A stretch of 64,000 bases of DNA from positions 84,258,001 to 84,322,000 of the forward strand of contig OX597827.1 of assembly GCA_951406725.2 (NCBI GenBank), written 5' to 3'. Source of the stretch: Octopus vulgaris (taxonomy: Eukaryota). Shown here piece after piece: positions 1 through 13,948 of this stretch; the first letter of the stretch is position 1; every line of letters begins with the position of its first letter. Both the position numbers and the translations under genes were made by a program. The notes beneath the pieces are model-generated. The model saw only the letters and a list, made by a program, of their open reading frames with translations. It did not search any database and was not told the DNA's origin.

Positions 1-289
1 AGTTTCATGTTCAAAAGAAGGAGTCTCGTTTCAGGTTTCAGCTGCCATCACACGACCAGGTGAACATGGCGGCGGCGGTGGTGTCGTCCATCAATTGGTG
101 GACATCATTAGAGTTTAAAGTTGGTCGAAGTATCAACAGAGAGGCACTTCGTGATATCTTCGGGTTTCGTTGGCGATTTGTGGAACTGTGTGTGTGTGTG
201 TAGATGAGTGTGTTTTTGTGTATTTATGTTTGTGCTTGTCTGTGCGGGGGTGTAGTTGGGGGATAGTATGTATGTATGTATGCTTGCAA

Positions 290-332
<43 letters not shown>

Positions 333-1097
333 CATAGAGGGAGAGAGAGAGAGACAGAGACAGACAGATAGGTAGGTTGGTGGGTAGGTAGATGCACAAA
401 TATATACGTGTGTGGTTCTATCTATCTATCAATCTATATATATATATATGTTTGTGTGGTGTAAGTCGCATACTTTCAATGAAAATGATGACCTTTAAAT
501 AAGGTTTTCATTATTTCTCCCTCTTTGTGATGCTTACACTCACACACACACTCATATATAACAACAAACACATACACATCCACACACAGGCACAGACACA
601 CACACACACACACACACATGTATTAGAAGGGCGACCAATATACATTTCATGTGGAATTATAAATGTTTGAAAGCCTCATCTAGCTGAACTGCCCAAACCA
701 CACAGCCACTGGATGGCGCCAATATCAGCAAAACACGCCATAACCTGTCGAATATTTAATTATCTGGAATACAAAGAAGATATCGATAATCTACCGAAAT
801 AGATAGAAAGAAAGAAAGATAGAGAAAGAGAGAGAGAGGGGAGAGAGAAAGTGAGAGAGTAAGAGTGGGGGAGAGAAAGGGAGAGTGTGTAGAGCGATTT
901 GGTCATTTGGTGTGAGGGGTTTGGAGGAGTTTGGTCAGTTGGACTGGCCTAATGGTTTGGAGGTGTCTCCTCCACTTGAATCTGTGTGAGAGAGAGATAG
1001 ACAGAACAACGTAATGCGTCCAACTGTCTTCCTGCCGCCATCTTGGTTTTAACAAATTGGGAAAAGCTACTTGAATACAATAATTTCTCTCTAATTA

Positions 1098-1475
1098 GGG
1101 GTAAAGATTGTTTGCCAACATAACATGGCAGTCCTGGTTTAGGACGAATGTTGCTGTAATTTAGCCCCAGGAGACATCGTCTCCAGCTGGCTATACGACA
1201 CGATCAGTGTCCTTATATTTTCGAACAAGGGTATCTAGCACCCCAAGTCAGCTCAAAACAATATCTGTGTATCACGATTTCTGGGTTATTTCTCTTCATC
1301 CCTGAAATCGCGATACACAGATATTGTTTTGAGCTGAGGTGGGGGGGCTATATTCCCTTGTTCAAAGATATAAGGACACAGTTCATGTCGTATAGCCAGC
1401 TGGAGACGATGTCTCCTGGGGCTAAATTACAGCAACATTAGTCCTAAACCAGGACTGCCAAATAATTTTTACCCC
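1098..1475. mobile_element. Almost fully palindromic MITE (foldback element), TA-flanked
   Basis: Termini TA|GGGGTAAA ... TTTACCCC|TA. The arms are reverse-complementary along most of their length (e.g. ggcagtcctggtttaggac / gtcctaaaccaggactgcc; agccccaggagacatcgtctccagctggctatacgaca and its inverse), with a loop at about 1286-1299. No ORF. Confidence 0.85.
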
Positions 1476-1745
1476 TAAGTGCTGTTGCTGAATATCTCTC
1501 GTTGTGAGAGTTAAAAAAATAGTAATTTTTTAATCTCTGATTAGGTTAAGAGTTGGGGCTGCTGTCGTTGATTTAACCTAACTCCAGTATATTACTGGTA
1601 TCTGTTCTATCAACCTATGAATAGATGAGAGCTCAAGTAGAACCAGCAGGAACTGACCGTGGAAGTTTGTCTAAAACTAATTCATGCAACACCTCGTACA
1701 TCCTCTCACCTGCTTGTTTGTGTGTGTATGTGTGTGTGTATGTAC

Positions 1746-3470
1746 GTTAGTTAGTTAGTTAGTTAATTTGGCTCAAAAGCAAATAGCAAGGCCATGTAGG
1801 GGGACATGGAGTTAAGTACAGGGTGGTGTTCATGTAAAGAGTTCAGGTCACTTGAGGTCCAGGGAGGCTTTGAACAAAGCGGTCGTCGGCATCTTCACCA
1901 TCTCGTCTGGCAGCTTGTTCCACGGATCCGCAACCCGGACGGAGAAAGCTCCTCTCCTTCGATTGAGATGAAATCGTCGCAGGTAGAGCTTTTCGGAATG
2001 ACCCCGCAGCCGACGCTCTGGAGCAGGAGTGAAGAACAGCTCTTTCGAGAGGTTACACTTTCCGCTTATAATGTTGTGGGCGAGAATGAGATCACCACGG
2101 CGGCGGCGTTTTTCAAGAGAATAAAGGTCGAGCGTCCTCAGCCTTTCTTCGTAGGACAAATTTTTGAGACCATGAACCATGCGGGTAGCCAGCCTCTGGA
2201 CTCTTTCGAGATGCTGTATGTCTTTGAGGAGATAAGGAGAAGAGGCCTGAATCCCATACTCCAATATGGGTCTCACCAGCGTGACATAGAGTGGTAGGAA
2301 TATGGCTGCTGTGAGCATTCCGAATGACCGTCGAATCAAGAACAGAATTCCGCGTGCTTTATTGGCAGCATGGACGCACTGGGCCGAAGGCGAAAAGGAG
2401 GAATCCACCAAGATACCCAGGTCCTTTACCTGATCGGTCCTCTCCAGCAGCAGACGACCCGGCTCGAAATCAAGTTGAGTTGCAGGAGTAGAGCCGACAG
2501 GCAGATGACAGCACTTTGACACGTTCAGACACAGGTCCCAATCGTTAGACCACTTCCAAATTTGGTGGAGGCATCGACGAAGATCCTCTATATTACCGCG
2601 AGGAGCGACCAGTTTGATATCGTCGGCAAATAGAAGGGTGTGTTGCGTGAGGTCGTCGGGCAAGTCATTTATGAAGACTAAGAACAACAAGGGTCCAAGC
2701 ACTGAACCTTGAGGCACGCCACTGCTCGCACTGGAGACGTCGGACCGCGAACCATTAACTTGGACTTGGAAGGAGCGATCTGAGAGGAAGGCACCAACCC
2801 ATCGTATAATATCCGGATGGAAGCTTGACAAGTAATAGGCGGTGGTTTACCGAGTCAAAAGCTTTGGCAAAGTCCAATAAAACGATGTCAACAGCATCAC
2901 TATCATCGAGGATGCGCGTCACCAATTCTTCCATTACTAGTAAGTTGGTCAAGCATGATCTCTTCGGCACGAAGCCGTGTTGGGAATCAGAGATAGAGGC
3001 TGTGTTTAGGAGGTGGAGCATCATACTTTTCTTAAGGATGGTTTCGAACATCTTGCTGATTATTGATGTAAGGGAAACCGGTCGGTAGTTAAGCGGGTCT
3101 TCGCGGCTCCCTTTCTTGAACATTGGGCAGATTATCGCTGTTCTCCAGTCTGCAGGTATAACACCCGTCGCCAATGACATATTGAATAGTCGTGTTAAGG
3201 GCTCGCAGATGACCGGAGCCAACGCTTTGATAACCCGTGGGTGTATGCCGTCAGGGCCGTGACCCTTGTTGACATCGAGGCCTTGAATAACACGTTTGAC
3301 TTCGTCCCGCGTGATGACCAATCGAAGCATTGGAGGTACCGATCTATCAAATGGAGGGGGTTTCACGACCATCATCTTGTTTGAAAATAGTTGAAAAAGC
3401 CTCGGCAAATAATTGACTCTGTTGATAAGGGTCCTCAATCGATACGCCTGTTGAGTCTACCAACGTTGCA
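1746..3470 (-). mobile_element. 5'-truncated CR1-type LINE; ORF2 reverse transcriptase with two frameshifts
   Basis: Track ORFs 3347..3589, 2755..3438 and 1848..2831 join into one RT: GPDGIHPRVIK, NYRPVSLTS, QHGF, LDFAKAFDSV, GVPQGSVLGPLLF, FADD, LVRPILEY, LERVQRLATR. Frameshifts fall near 3358 and 2822. A short 3' UTR ends in (TAAC)5 at 1746-1765. Confidence 0.95.
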
Positions 3471-4599
3471 TATACGTGTATATGGATGTGCGTGTATGTA
3501 CGTGTATATATATATATATATATATATATAAACGCGCGCACACACACACACACACACACATAATGGAATGTTTTATACTTTTCGTCCACCGAATTCTACA
3601 AACCAACGTGGAGCAGAAGACACTGGCTCAAGGTGGAGCGCAATATAATCGAACCTGGAATCATGCGTTTGCAAAGACAAATGTGTGCGTGTGTATGCGT
3701 GTGTGTGAGTGAGTGTGTGTGAGAGTGTATCTGTGAGTGTGTGTATGTGCTTGTGTGTGTATAACGACACATACACCAACCCTTCCAGACATATATTTCC
3801 CCATCCATTCACACACCAGACACAAACTCTACTCCAGCATTTCAAGCCCCACCCCACCGCCGTCCAGCAATCATACTTTATACCCGTCCCAATATACCCC
3901 GATTTATGTCCACCCCAGCAAATTCCTCGATATTTGCACGAAATGCTCAAAGAATGCCTTTATTTGAAATATTTCCCTGAATCAGAATAATTCTACAATT
4001 ATTTCTGTAATTTGTATATAATTAAGTAAATAATTAATGTTGCTAATGAATCAGGAAATTAAAGGTTTAAAGGCCGAGGCTTCAAAGAGAAAAAAATATA
4101 AACTTCAGAAAGTGTTGGCGTTGTTGTTGCTGTTGGTGCAGTAGTAGTAGCAGCAGCACTACTACTACTACTACTTCTACTACTTCTACTACTTCTACTA
4201 CTACTACTACTTCTACTACTACTTGTCCCTGTTTTTAAAGCGGAACTGTGTGACTTGAGGGAGATTTAGCTGCTCTTCGTAGCATGTCGAAAAACACCTC
4301 GAGGCTTTAGCATTGATTCATGTCGTTATTATTGGACCACAGACCACTTGATGAAATTAAATAGGAAAATACAAGAGGAGAACATTTAAATACTTTATCG
4401 AATTCTACACAAAAACAAAAGATTAATTGTGGAAACCGCATTCATGTCACAACACGTAAACACATCAAGAAAGGAACGAGTCACCACTGACATAAAATTA
4501 CAAAATACCGAACGGTCAAAATTTGATCGCAACACACAAATCAACAGGTGACAGCCGATGTGTGATGCTAACAGTCAAAAAACCTTGGTGCGAAGGTCG

Positions 4600-4790
4600 A
4601 AACCTTCGCAACCATTTTTTGCCTATGGATCCCTTTGATTTCTGTTATATTCTACTGGACCCCCAAAGCTATTCAATGTTTCTTTTTAAAATTCCTATAA
4701 TATTTTTATAATTAAATATTATTAGGAATTGTATTTAAAAAAATCTTTAAATATTTTGTGGATTGTAGAAGTATTAGCAATTTATTGCAG
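4600..4790 (+). mobile_element. Partial copy of the hAT-like MITE at 15171-15444
   Basis: Colinear similarity to 15171-15350 (cctatggat/cccctttgatt, tctactggacccccaaag, aatattttgtg.attgtagaa); termini decayed. Confidence 0.65.
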
Positions 4791-6273
4791 ATACATTTTA
4801 ATAACAATAAAAAAAGTTAATAATGTTAAAAATATACAACAAAAAAGACAAAACTTAATATAAACGTGTATTTAATAAAACATGCATGTGTGTGTGTACG
4901 TTGAGGCTGAGATAATGAAGTGAAAAGTGGGTGATCCAGCATGGCCGCAGACAAATGACTGACACCAATTGAATAATTAAATAAAATCTTGTCTCACTGC
5001 CCTTCCCCACCAGATGCTAATTACTTTAACAGTTGATTTATATTGTTATACATTTATAATATTTAATGGATGGTTGTGTACGACACACGGACACACCGAA
5101 ATATTTGACATCGATGGATAAATATTTGTGTCCAGGTTCTAGGTTCGATGTGGAGACTTGTACCAGGTGAGTCAACAATATGAGGTTGCTTAACCAGAAA
5201 TAGCAACCAATACATCCTCAAACAACACCCTAACGTCTTAAAAAGAAAAGAGCATCACATTGTACGTTATGGTTGAAAAAATAAGAGAGGATGGTCTCAG
5301 ATGGAGTGACTTTAATTATTTCTGAAGGACGGCTGAACAACAACAACAACAACAACAACTACAACAATCTCCTCGTGATACTTATTGTTTTATCTCAGAA
5401 TCAAAGACGGATCCTCCACGTAGCCACTGTTCTACTAGAAATAATAATTTTCCCTCAAATTACATCTCACCACTTTTAATGAAAAGAACGATAGCATTGT
5501 AATCCCTTCTCCACATAAAGACAGGATGGTCACGACTGGAGTAGCCTTGATCAGGTCTGTCTGACAGAGCTGACCTAAGGTTAAACAGCAATAGATCTAT
5601 TTTGCCTCAAGTTCTGGAATCATTTCACAAAACATAGAAGAGAATCCGTTCCATCAAAAACCCAGTTAATCCATCCGGATATTACCCGTTTACTGTTACA
5701 GGGGTGGCACCACTTTTGTTGTTAATAACGATTGGGATTTCATCAAAAGAGTTACTGAATCGGGTGGAGTCGGATTGAGGGAGGCATTCTTGGGCCAGGG
5801 TACATTGAGAGCGAAGTAGATTACCCGACAGGCTCAGGGCTTACCTACCCAAATACCCCCTCCCTTCCTCCCTCCTTACCTGCTTGACTGTCTGTCTATT
5901 CGTCCGTCCGTCTGTCTGCCTGTGTGTCCATCGTTCCCGACCGTCTGTCCGTCCTTCTGTACGTCTGTCCGTCCGTTTGTCTGTCTGTCGGTCGGTCTCT
6001 TTGTAATTAAATAGAAACGAATTTGTTAACTGAATTATGGCTGCAAGGAATATAATAGTGTTTGGTTAAGAAGATTCTTTTGAGTCTACCTGATCCCGGG
6101 TTCCATACCACGGCACAGTAACTCACTGGACAAGGGTCTTCTGCTTCACACCTTCGTTGATCAGTGATTTGTGAGGGCAATTTGTTGGACGGAAACTATG
6201 GGCCAGTCCGTCGGATGCTTTTACACACACACGCACACACACACACATACATATATACATGCATACATACATG

Positions 6274-6316
<43 letters not shown>

Positions 6317-6339
6317 TTATATATATATATATATATATA

Positions 6340-6660
6340 TACGAGGTGGTATCCAAGAGACTGGAATTTTGCAATGTTATTTTATTCACTTAGTTTTACA
6401 CGTTTACACTTTTATCGCCTTCAAAGTATTCTCCATTTGAAGCAATGCATCAGTCCAGATGTGTTTACCATTATTTGAAGCAGTACTGGAACTCTTGCAA
6501 AGTGATGCCTTTTAACGCCACCGTTGCGTTTTCCCTCATCTCTACTACATCTGCAAATTCTGTAGCACCAGCTTTCATCACCAGTGAAGACCTTCAAAAA
6601 ATGGTCCTGATCAACTTCCAACTGTTCTTTCTGTTCCCGACACGCATTCATATACAACTA
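6340..6660 (-). mobile_element. Internally deleted mariner remnant
   Basis: Terminus TACGAGG at 6340. The minus strand encodes ...DQDHFLKVFTGDESWCY fused, in another frame, to the C-terminal FADVVEMRENATVALKGITLQEFQYCFK*W*THLD*CIASNGEYFEGD, both typical mariner transposase motifs. Confidence 0.85.
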
Positions 6661-7449
6661 TAATAGTTTCAACTGCGTAACGTATTTTCTATGGCACCTG
6701 AAATTACATTAAAATGTTGAAAGGATTGTTGTGAGTCTTAAATAGAAAATAGAAAACTGCACATTTTTATCATGTATTGAATACTACGTTTGAAAATAAT
6801 CTCCTTCTATTGAACCAAATTCAACGAATACGTATGTTGATAATACACACCCATAAATAAATTTATTCAGTATGTATTTACATATATGTGTATGTATGTA
6901 TACACGCACGCACACCCACACACATGTCCTACGCGAAAGCCTATACCTGCCCCTTCACAGCATTAATTAGTAAACACTTAAAATTAATTTCTTCTCATAT
7001 TTTAGCAAACTTAATACAAACATCCTTCCTTGTAATCACATCTCGTTTTATATACATCCTCGAGTGTATCCCCCCCACAACCCACAGCCCTCGTTCATAT
7101 AACATAGATTATATATTACAACCAGCCTAATCTATACATCTGTTGGTGATAAGTATGCTCAGTGTGTTGCCGTCTTCTTTAGCTTGTATAACGCAAAGGG
7201 AACACGTTGAGACGACATGTTGCGATACACCGCCATATTTGGGGAGTTTAGATTAAGGCTGTTTTTGATTAGATTCTTGTTGTTTGTTAGAATATTGGCC
7301 CTGATCGAGTATAGAATATATGATTATGCTGTATGTCCTTTTAATTTATGATAGTTTTGGACGGTTTGAGGAAGACTTGGCTGCTATTGTTAATAGATCA
7401 AGCGATCATGTAGAGGCTTCAGCGTTGGCTAGTTTATTCAATGTCCATT

Positions 7450-7912
7450 ATCTCCTGGTTCGTAGCTCTTTCTCCACTCTCGGTACTCAGCCTGGCACTG
7501 TCCTTTGTGCTCACCTCACGCTGCCGCATCTGCCCCTTTCTCCTCTCATACCACCGTTATCACCTGTACCCACGACCGCACCTACTATATCACCGACTTC
7601 TTTACTTGTACTTTCAATAATCTAATTTACTGCATCATCTGCTCTCTTTGCCACTCCCCGTATATTGGATAAACTAGTCGACGTCTGGCTGACCATTTTG
7701 CTGAACATCTTCAGAACATCAGACTCGGTAAAGATATCTGGATCGCGCGCCATTTCTGCTCGACTGGCTTTTCCTGTAACATCTGTCTGTCTTCGGACTG
7801 GCTTTGCATAGAGGCCACACGGACTCCTGTCTCCGTCTAGATCAGGAATTAATTTTTTCTCTCCGTACTTCAGTCCCCCACGGTCTAAATTCTCCAATCT
7901 TTTTCATCTAAA
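7450..7912 (+). mobile_element. Penelope-like retroelement remnant (GIY-YIG endonuclease domain)
   Basis: Manual translation across frameshifts: LLVRSS...RCRICP...YYITDFFTCTFNNLIYCIICSLCHSPYIG*TSRRLADHFAEHLQNIR...ARHF...HGLNS. This matches the PLE Cys-rich linker plus GIY-YIG domain. Confidence 0.85.
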
Positions 7913-8072
7913 CCCGTCCTTCACATATTTACACACTACATGTCGCTTATATTCTCACTGATCACTTAACTTTTACTATCCGCACACCTACACTGCACTA
8001 TTGAACTGATTACCCGTCAGTACACACACATCAACTCATTTAGATAGCATATACATACACACACATTCTTTC

Positions 8073-8112
<40 letters not shown>

Positions 8113-8257
8113 AACAACAACAACACTTCCACTAGAGTCTCCCGTGCTATATAGTATCGAGTATATAGTAGCACATATTTCCCAATACATAGTACCTTTG
8201 TCGCCTCTATTCCAGCAAACACCGCTATCCAGTATGATACACATTATATCCTTATAC

Positions 8258-8318
<61 letters not shown>

Positions 8319-8929
8319 GGAATTTCCGATTAAGGACCAGATAATGAAGGTAGTCGTCGGATGTGGGTCTTTCGGATCTAAGTTTGATAGAATTGGAAGA
8401 GGCTGAAATATAATTGTTAGAAAATCTTGGAATGGTTGCTATGGTGCTAGCAGAGGAAATTACATAAAGAAGTGCAAGAGAGAACAAAGGAAATATTGCT
8501 GAAGGTAATGGTGTACATATTCAGTTATGGTGGATGCACGGGAAATGTGAACAATTGTGAAAGAAGATGGCAGAAGTTAAAGGATTGTATACGGCCTAAA
8601 AGGGTTTATGGAGAGCATCAGGGAAGGAGAAGAGGAAGAAGAGAAAGGTGAGGGTTTGTTGGAAATATTGGTTGCCAATGGTCCTGGTAATTGGAAGCGA
8701 CAGCAGGGGAAGGCATGGTAAGCAGAGATCAGAGAGTTGGTCAAGTTGGAGGGGATTGGTAGAATCGGAAGGAGTTGGTAGAATTGAGGGAGTGTATGAA
8801 ATTGGGGACGGTATACCGTTGGGGTTCTGATGTGGGGCAGGAGTTCAGAACATACACACACAGAAATATGATATTATTATCAATAGCAGCAGCAGCAGCA
8901 GCAGTAGCAGTAGTAGTAGTAGTAGTAGA

Positions 8930-9066
8930 AAGAGTTGGTAGAATAGTTAGCATGCCGGACAAAATGCTGCTAAACATTTCGTCCGTAGTACGTACTGGGG
9001 GTCGATGTAATTGACTTACCCCCTCCCTCAAGATTGTTGGTCTTGTGCCAAAAATTTGAAACCAAA
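8930..9066 (+). mobile_element. Internally deleted SINE, family B
   Basis: Head gagttggtagaatagttagcatgccggacaaaatgct and tail ggggtcgatgtaattgactta...gtcttgtgccaaaaatttgaaacc match the family B copy at 27166. Confidence 0.7.
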
Positions 9067-9215
9067 ATATGGTAGAAGTGGTGGTGGTAGTAGTAATGGT
9101 AGTAGTTCGGAGTGGCGGTATTAGTGGTATAGTAAATACTGCCAGGGCTGGTTTTACAGGTAAGGGTGAGTGGGGTGTGGGTGAGTGGAGAAATTGTCAT
9201 TTTGTGTATGACACC

Positions 9216-9256
<41 letters not shown>

Positions 9257-10710
9257 CTGGACTCTATTAGTTCCCTCACCTCTCCTTAAATAGGGACTTC
9301 ATTCTATAACCCTCATGATCGGAGGAGGTCGTTTCTGTTCGTTCGAAATCTTGCCGAGACAAAACATGCTCAAACATTTCTGCAAGCGAAGTAACAGAGA
9401 ACCTACTTTGATAAATCAATACGTTTGATCATTGTTGATAATGTTTATCTTGAAAAGGCAATGGGCTGGTGCTATTTCAGCTGACTCACTTCTCCTCATT
9501 TGAAATAATTCTATTATTTCACAGATGTCGTCCCATAACAAACACTTCACGTTGTTACATGTGTTCACTTGTCAACTGTGTGTGTGTGTGTGTGTGTGTC
9601 GATGTGTGCGTGTGTATATGTGCGTGTGGGTGAGTATGTCTGGATGTGTGCGTGTGTTTGTAGATTTTATAGGTTTAAGACTTCCCATGACGATGTTGTT
9701 TCACAGTTTCAATTTTGTTGACAGTTTACTGCAAAAGCAAAAAGACAAACAAAAAATTAGAAAAATAAAAAAAGAGTAGTCACGTGATTCGAAACTGGGT
9801 CGTAGGTTTTTGTAAGATGGACCTTGTTGACCTACAAACTGATGTCAGAATTTGAAAGTAATACTACTGTCTGTTGAACTATTGTTGATGTTGTTGTTAC
9901 TGTTGTTGTTAAGACCTCAAATATCCGTCAGGTCGCTGTTTCTATGAAACAGAACCAAGACGATGTCTAGTAGGGCAGCTGATGCCGTCCTTTCATCTCT
10001 TCAATAGAAATTTAAAAAAATACCCTGTCTCTAATGTAATAGGACTCAAATGGTGCACTGCGGCACATTAATGCGTCACTACTCCATCTAAATGTGCCAA
10101 AGGAATAATTGTTTTGTTTTATAAAAACGTGATAAACACAATTTGAAATTGTAAATATAAAGCCTTGATAACAATATTTCATTTATAAGATAAAGAAGTA
10201 AATAATTTTAATTATAATGGTCTTTGGTGGCGGGTGGTGGTGAACAGAGTTAACATAATTAGTCAGGATATATTAATTACCATTACAGTGTTAATGCAAA
10301 CAATAATTTAGTAAATTACTAATTCTGGGACAAAACGACAGGGAAGACAATCCCAAGGTTTTAATTAAAATATATTCAACATGGAGTCTAATAATAATTG
10401 GCTGCGGAGTGTGAAGTGAAAGCGCGTGGCTAAGAGGTTAGTGTCGATTAATGTCGGCAGTGTTGTGTCCTTGAGTAAGGTACTTTGAGTTGTACCTTAA
10501 TTCAAAGGATCAATTTTGTCACATCATGTGTCACGCTGGATCTCCCTGACAATTACGTTCAGGGATACGTGTGTTTGTGGAGTGCTCAACCATTTGTACG
10601 TTAATTTCACGAGCCAGCTGTTCCATTGATTAAATCAACTGGAACATTCGATGGGGATGATGGTGGTGATGATGAAATCCTACTACGTAATTAGATTGGC
10701 GTGAAACATA

Positions 10711-10744
<34 letters not shown>

Positions 10745-10746
<2 letters not shown>

Positions 10747-11281
10747 GCCCTAGCTCTCGTGGTTTCTGATCTTAACTGATTGGAAATGTTATCATGTACA
10801 TTGTTTTGTCTTGGTAAAAAGGATGAGCTACAGCAAATATTCTGCTCAATACCACAGATTTGCTTGTCAGTTGTTTGACTTTAACCAGTTGAACATGTCT
10901 CTTATTGGCTGACGATATGTGCATCTCTGACTACAAGCAGAAGTAGTGGGGGAGCATCATAGCCATGTGTTGAAAGGAATTTTTGAGGTTTGAATAATTC
11001 ACCTTTGGAAACATGGGTGTTTCATTGAACATCCATAAACAACCTTTATTCAGGGACCTTTTGAGCGGGATGGGTTACTCGACCAGAAGAAAATTCTAAC
11101 TGGGCCCTACCTACAAGGTTATGTGCTGTTTATCTTGATATGAGATCACCATGTCGCGCACATATGGTTGTGATGCATGTGCCTAGTGTACCCTTATCAG
11201 ACGAGTAGTCATGATGGATATACTGGGCTTCGTATATTTTCTCCAGTGTCACTTCGATGGCATGCACTGCTCTTTCACTCA
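10745..11281 (+). mobile_element. ~540-bp non-coding element embedded in (AAT)n, copy 1
   Basis: Highly similar to the reverse complement of 22379-22937, with a short deletion near the left end. (AAT)n lies on both sides. Confidence 0.9.
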
Positions 11282-11298
11282 ATAATAACAGCAGCAGC

Positions 11299-12213
<915 letters not shown>

Positions 12214-13171
12214 GAAAGCGTTTAATATAATTGCTATCCTGTGTCTGAGGACTTTGTTTAGCTATAGAAAGCTGCAGAAATTACTTTCAGAGTCGCCATA
12301 ACAGTGTCTGGTGTTGAAAGAAATATGAAGTTTTGCAAGTGGGACCAAAAATGGGTTCAGTGAAAGATCTTTTGCGTCAGGAGATAAATAAATGTTTTGT
12401 AGGGAAGGGGTAAATGTATTTCTGGTTGTAGGGGTTGAAATAAGAAGGAATATTTAATAATTAGTTAATGAGGACGCTACATGACGAAAGGTAGGGTTAA
12501 ATACGAAAGTTTATAAGTGAAGAGTGGGGAATTGTGTGAAAGAAAATGTTAGCCGTGAATTCAGAGGGGGGGGGGGGGCACGAGGTGGCGAGGAAGAAGG
12601 ACTGGATTCGGAGTGAAATTTTGAGGTCACTAAAAGTTGAAAGAATTAAAGAATTAATGTGTGGATTAAAGAAATAATTAATAAAAGTGGTGTAGAATTA
12701 AAAGGGGTTAATTTTAGGGGTTTCTAGGAAATAATAGGTTATTGCATAATTGAATAATTACATAATTAAATTAGCGAATAACTAACCATGTTTAAAAAAA
12801 ATTAAAATTAAAAATAATTATGCAATAAAAATCTATTATAGGGATTTAAAATTAAAGTAAAATAAATGTGAGAAAGATGAAAAATAGGGCAAGAAATTAT
12901 GAACGTTAAGAGGTTAAAGGTTAGAAGAGAAAAAAAGGGAACATGTTAAAAAATGTAAAACTTTGTAAGTAAGTTTTAGAAAAGAATTTTAATGAAATTA
13001 ATTTAATGAGGATATAAGAGAAAAGCTCAGAGTAAAATAAGGAGCTTTGATTTGTGGGTTCATGGCAGAGATGAGAGCAAAAGAAAAACATCCAAATTGA
13101 GTAAATAAATAGCTTGAAATAGATGAAAGGGGTTCGAAAATAAAAAGGTTCTGCTGTGTGTGTGTGTGTGT

Positions 13172-13472
13172 GTTATATGTATCACGGTATCGACCAGACT
13201 CTCAGATGCTGATATACATCACTAGTCACAATGCGCTTTGCATTGTTTTAACTTTTCAAATGATGCCACTCTGTTGGCTGGGCGAGCAGGACGACATTAC
13301 CCCTGACCGGAAGGATGGTCGGTCGCAGGGCAACCCTTTTGAATCTGAGAGGACTCGAAGAGTGTAAAGTGAAGTGTTTTGCTCAAGAACACAATGTGCA
13401 GGCGGTCTGGGAATCGAACCCACGATCTAGCGATCGTGAGTGCAACACTCTACCCACTAGGTCATGCACCTT
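13172..13472 (-). mobile_element. tRNA-derived SINE (head related to family C, different tail)
   Basis: Minus-strand head with an A-box-like tgacctagtgggtag and B-box ggttcgattccc, followed by tgtgttcttgagcaaaacact. Confidence 0.7.
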
Positions 13473-13722
13473 ACACACACACACGTTCACACAGACAGAC
13501 GCGTGTGCATGTATGTATGTATGTATTTTTACCCATATAAAACGGTGCAACCAAGGTAAAAATAAAGATCTGTGACCACCACCTATAAAAGTTGGTGGGT
13601 GAATGGAATTGGGTAGGAAATCGAACTTTCCAACTTGTTACCTCCTCTTTAATAAGTTTCTGGGTTTGTCGTAGAAGAAAGTTTCCAATGCATTTTTACA
13701 AAAAGAAATCTTTTCATTGTGT

Positions 13723-13948
13723 TTAGAAGATAATTTTGTCAAAATTGTTGCGAGTCCTTAAATTACCGGGTTTCTCGCTGCCGGTATATGATTTAAACTT
13801 CCCCCTTGAATGTGAAGTTAATAGTCTTATTTTTCAAATCTCAAATAGATTCTGGAAGTGAAGTTTCAATTCTTTTATTGTGGTTTCCAAAACTATAGGT
13901 GTGGTCCTTATAGCGTGATTAGAAAAGTGAATCTGTGAGGGGGATATG
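13723..13948 (-). mobile_element. Highly decayed Penelope-like GIY-YIG C-terminal region
   Basis: Minus-strand translation HIPLTDSLF*SRYKDHTYSFGNHNKRIETSLPESI*DLKNKTINFTFK resembles the PLE pattern YIGxTxxxFKxRYxxHxxSFxxxxxxxxTxLSxxIWxLK. The strand-skewed AT-rich flanks (about 12230-14650) may belong to the same element. Confidence 0.6.

Noticed and set aside
66-203. AACATGGCGGCG start followed by a short open frame (MAAAVVSSINWWTSLEFK...)
   Set aside because: No recognisable domain or convincing splice donor, and it runs into (TG)n. The motif equally fits a YY1-type site (another is GCCGCCATCTTG at 1034-1045).
1806-2297. 163-aa plus-strand ORF
   Set aside because: Antisense shadow of the CR1 RT frame.
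5835-5890. Two minus-strand AG|GTAAG donor-like sites
   Set aside because: No acceptor or coding frame upstream; isolated splice motifs are expected by chance.
8340-8850. Purine-skewed block, possibly a Penelope ORF N-terminus on the minus strand
   Set aside because: No diagnostic motif recovered by manual translation.
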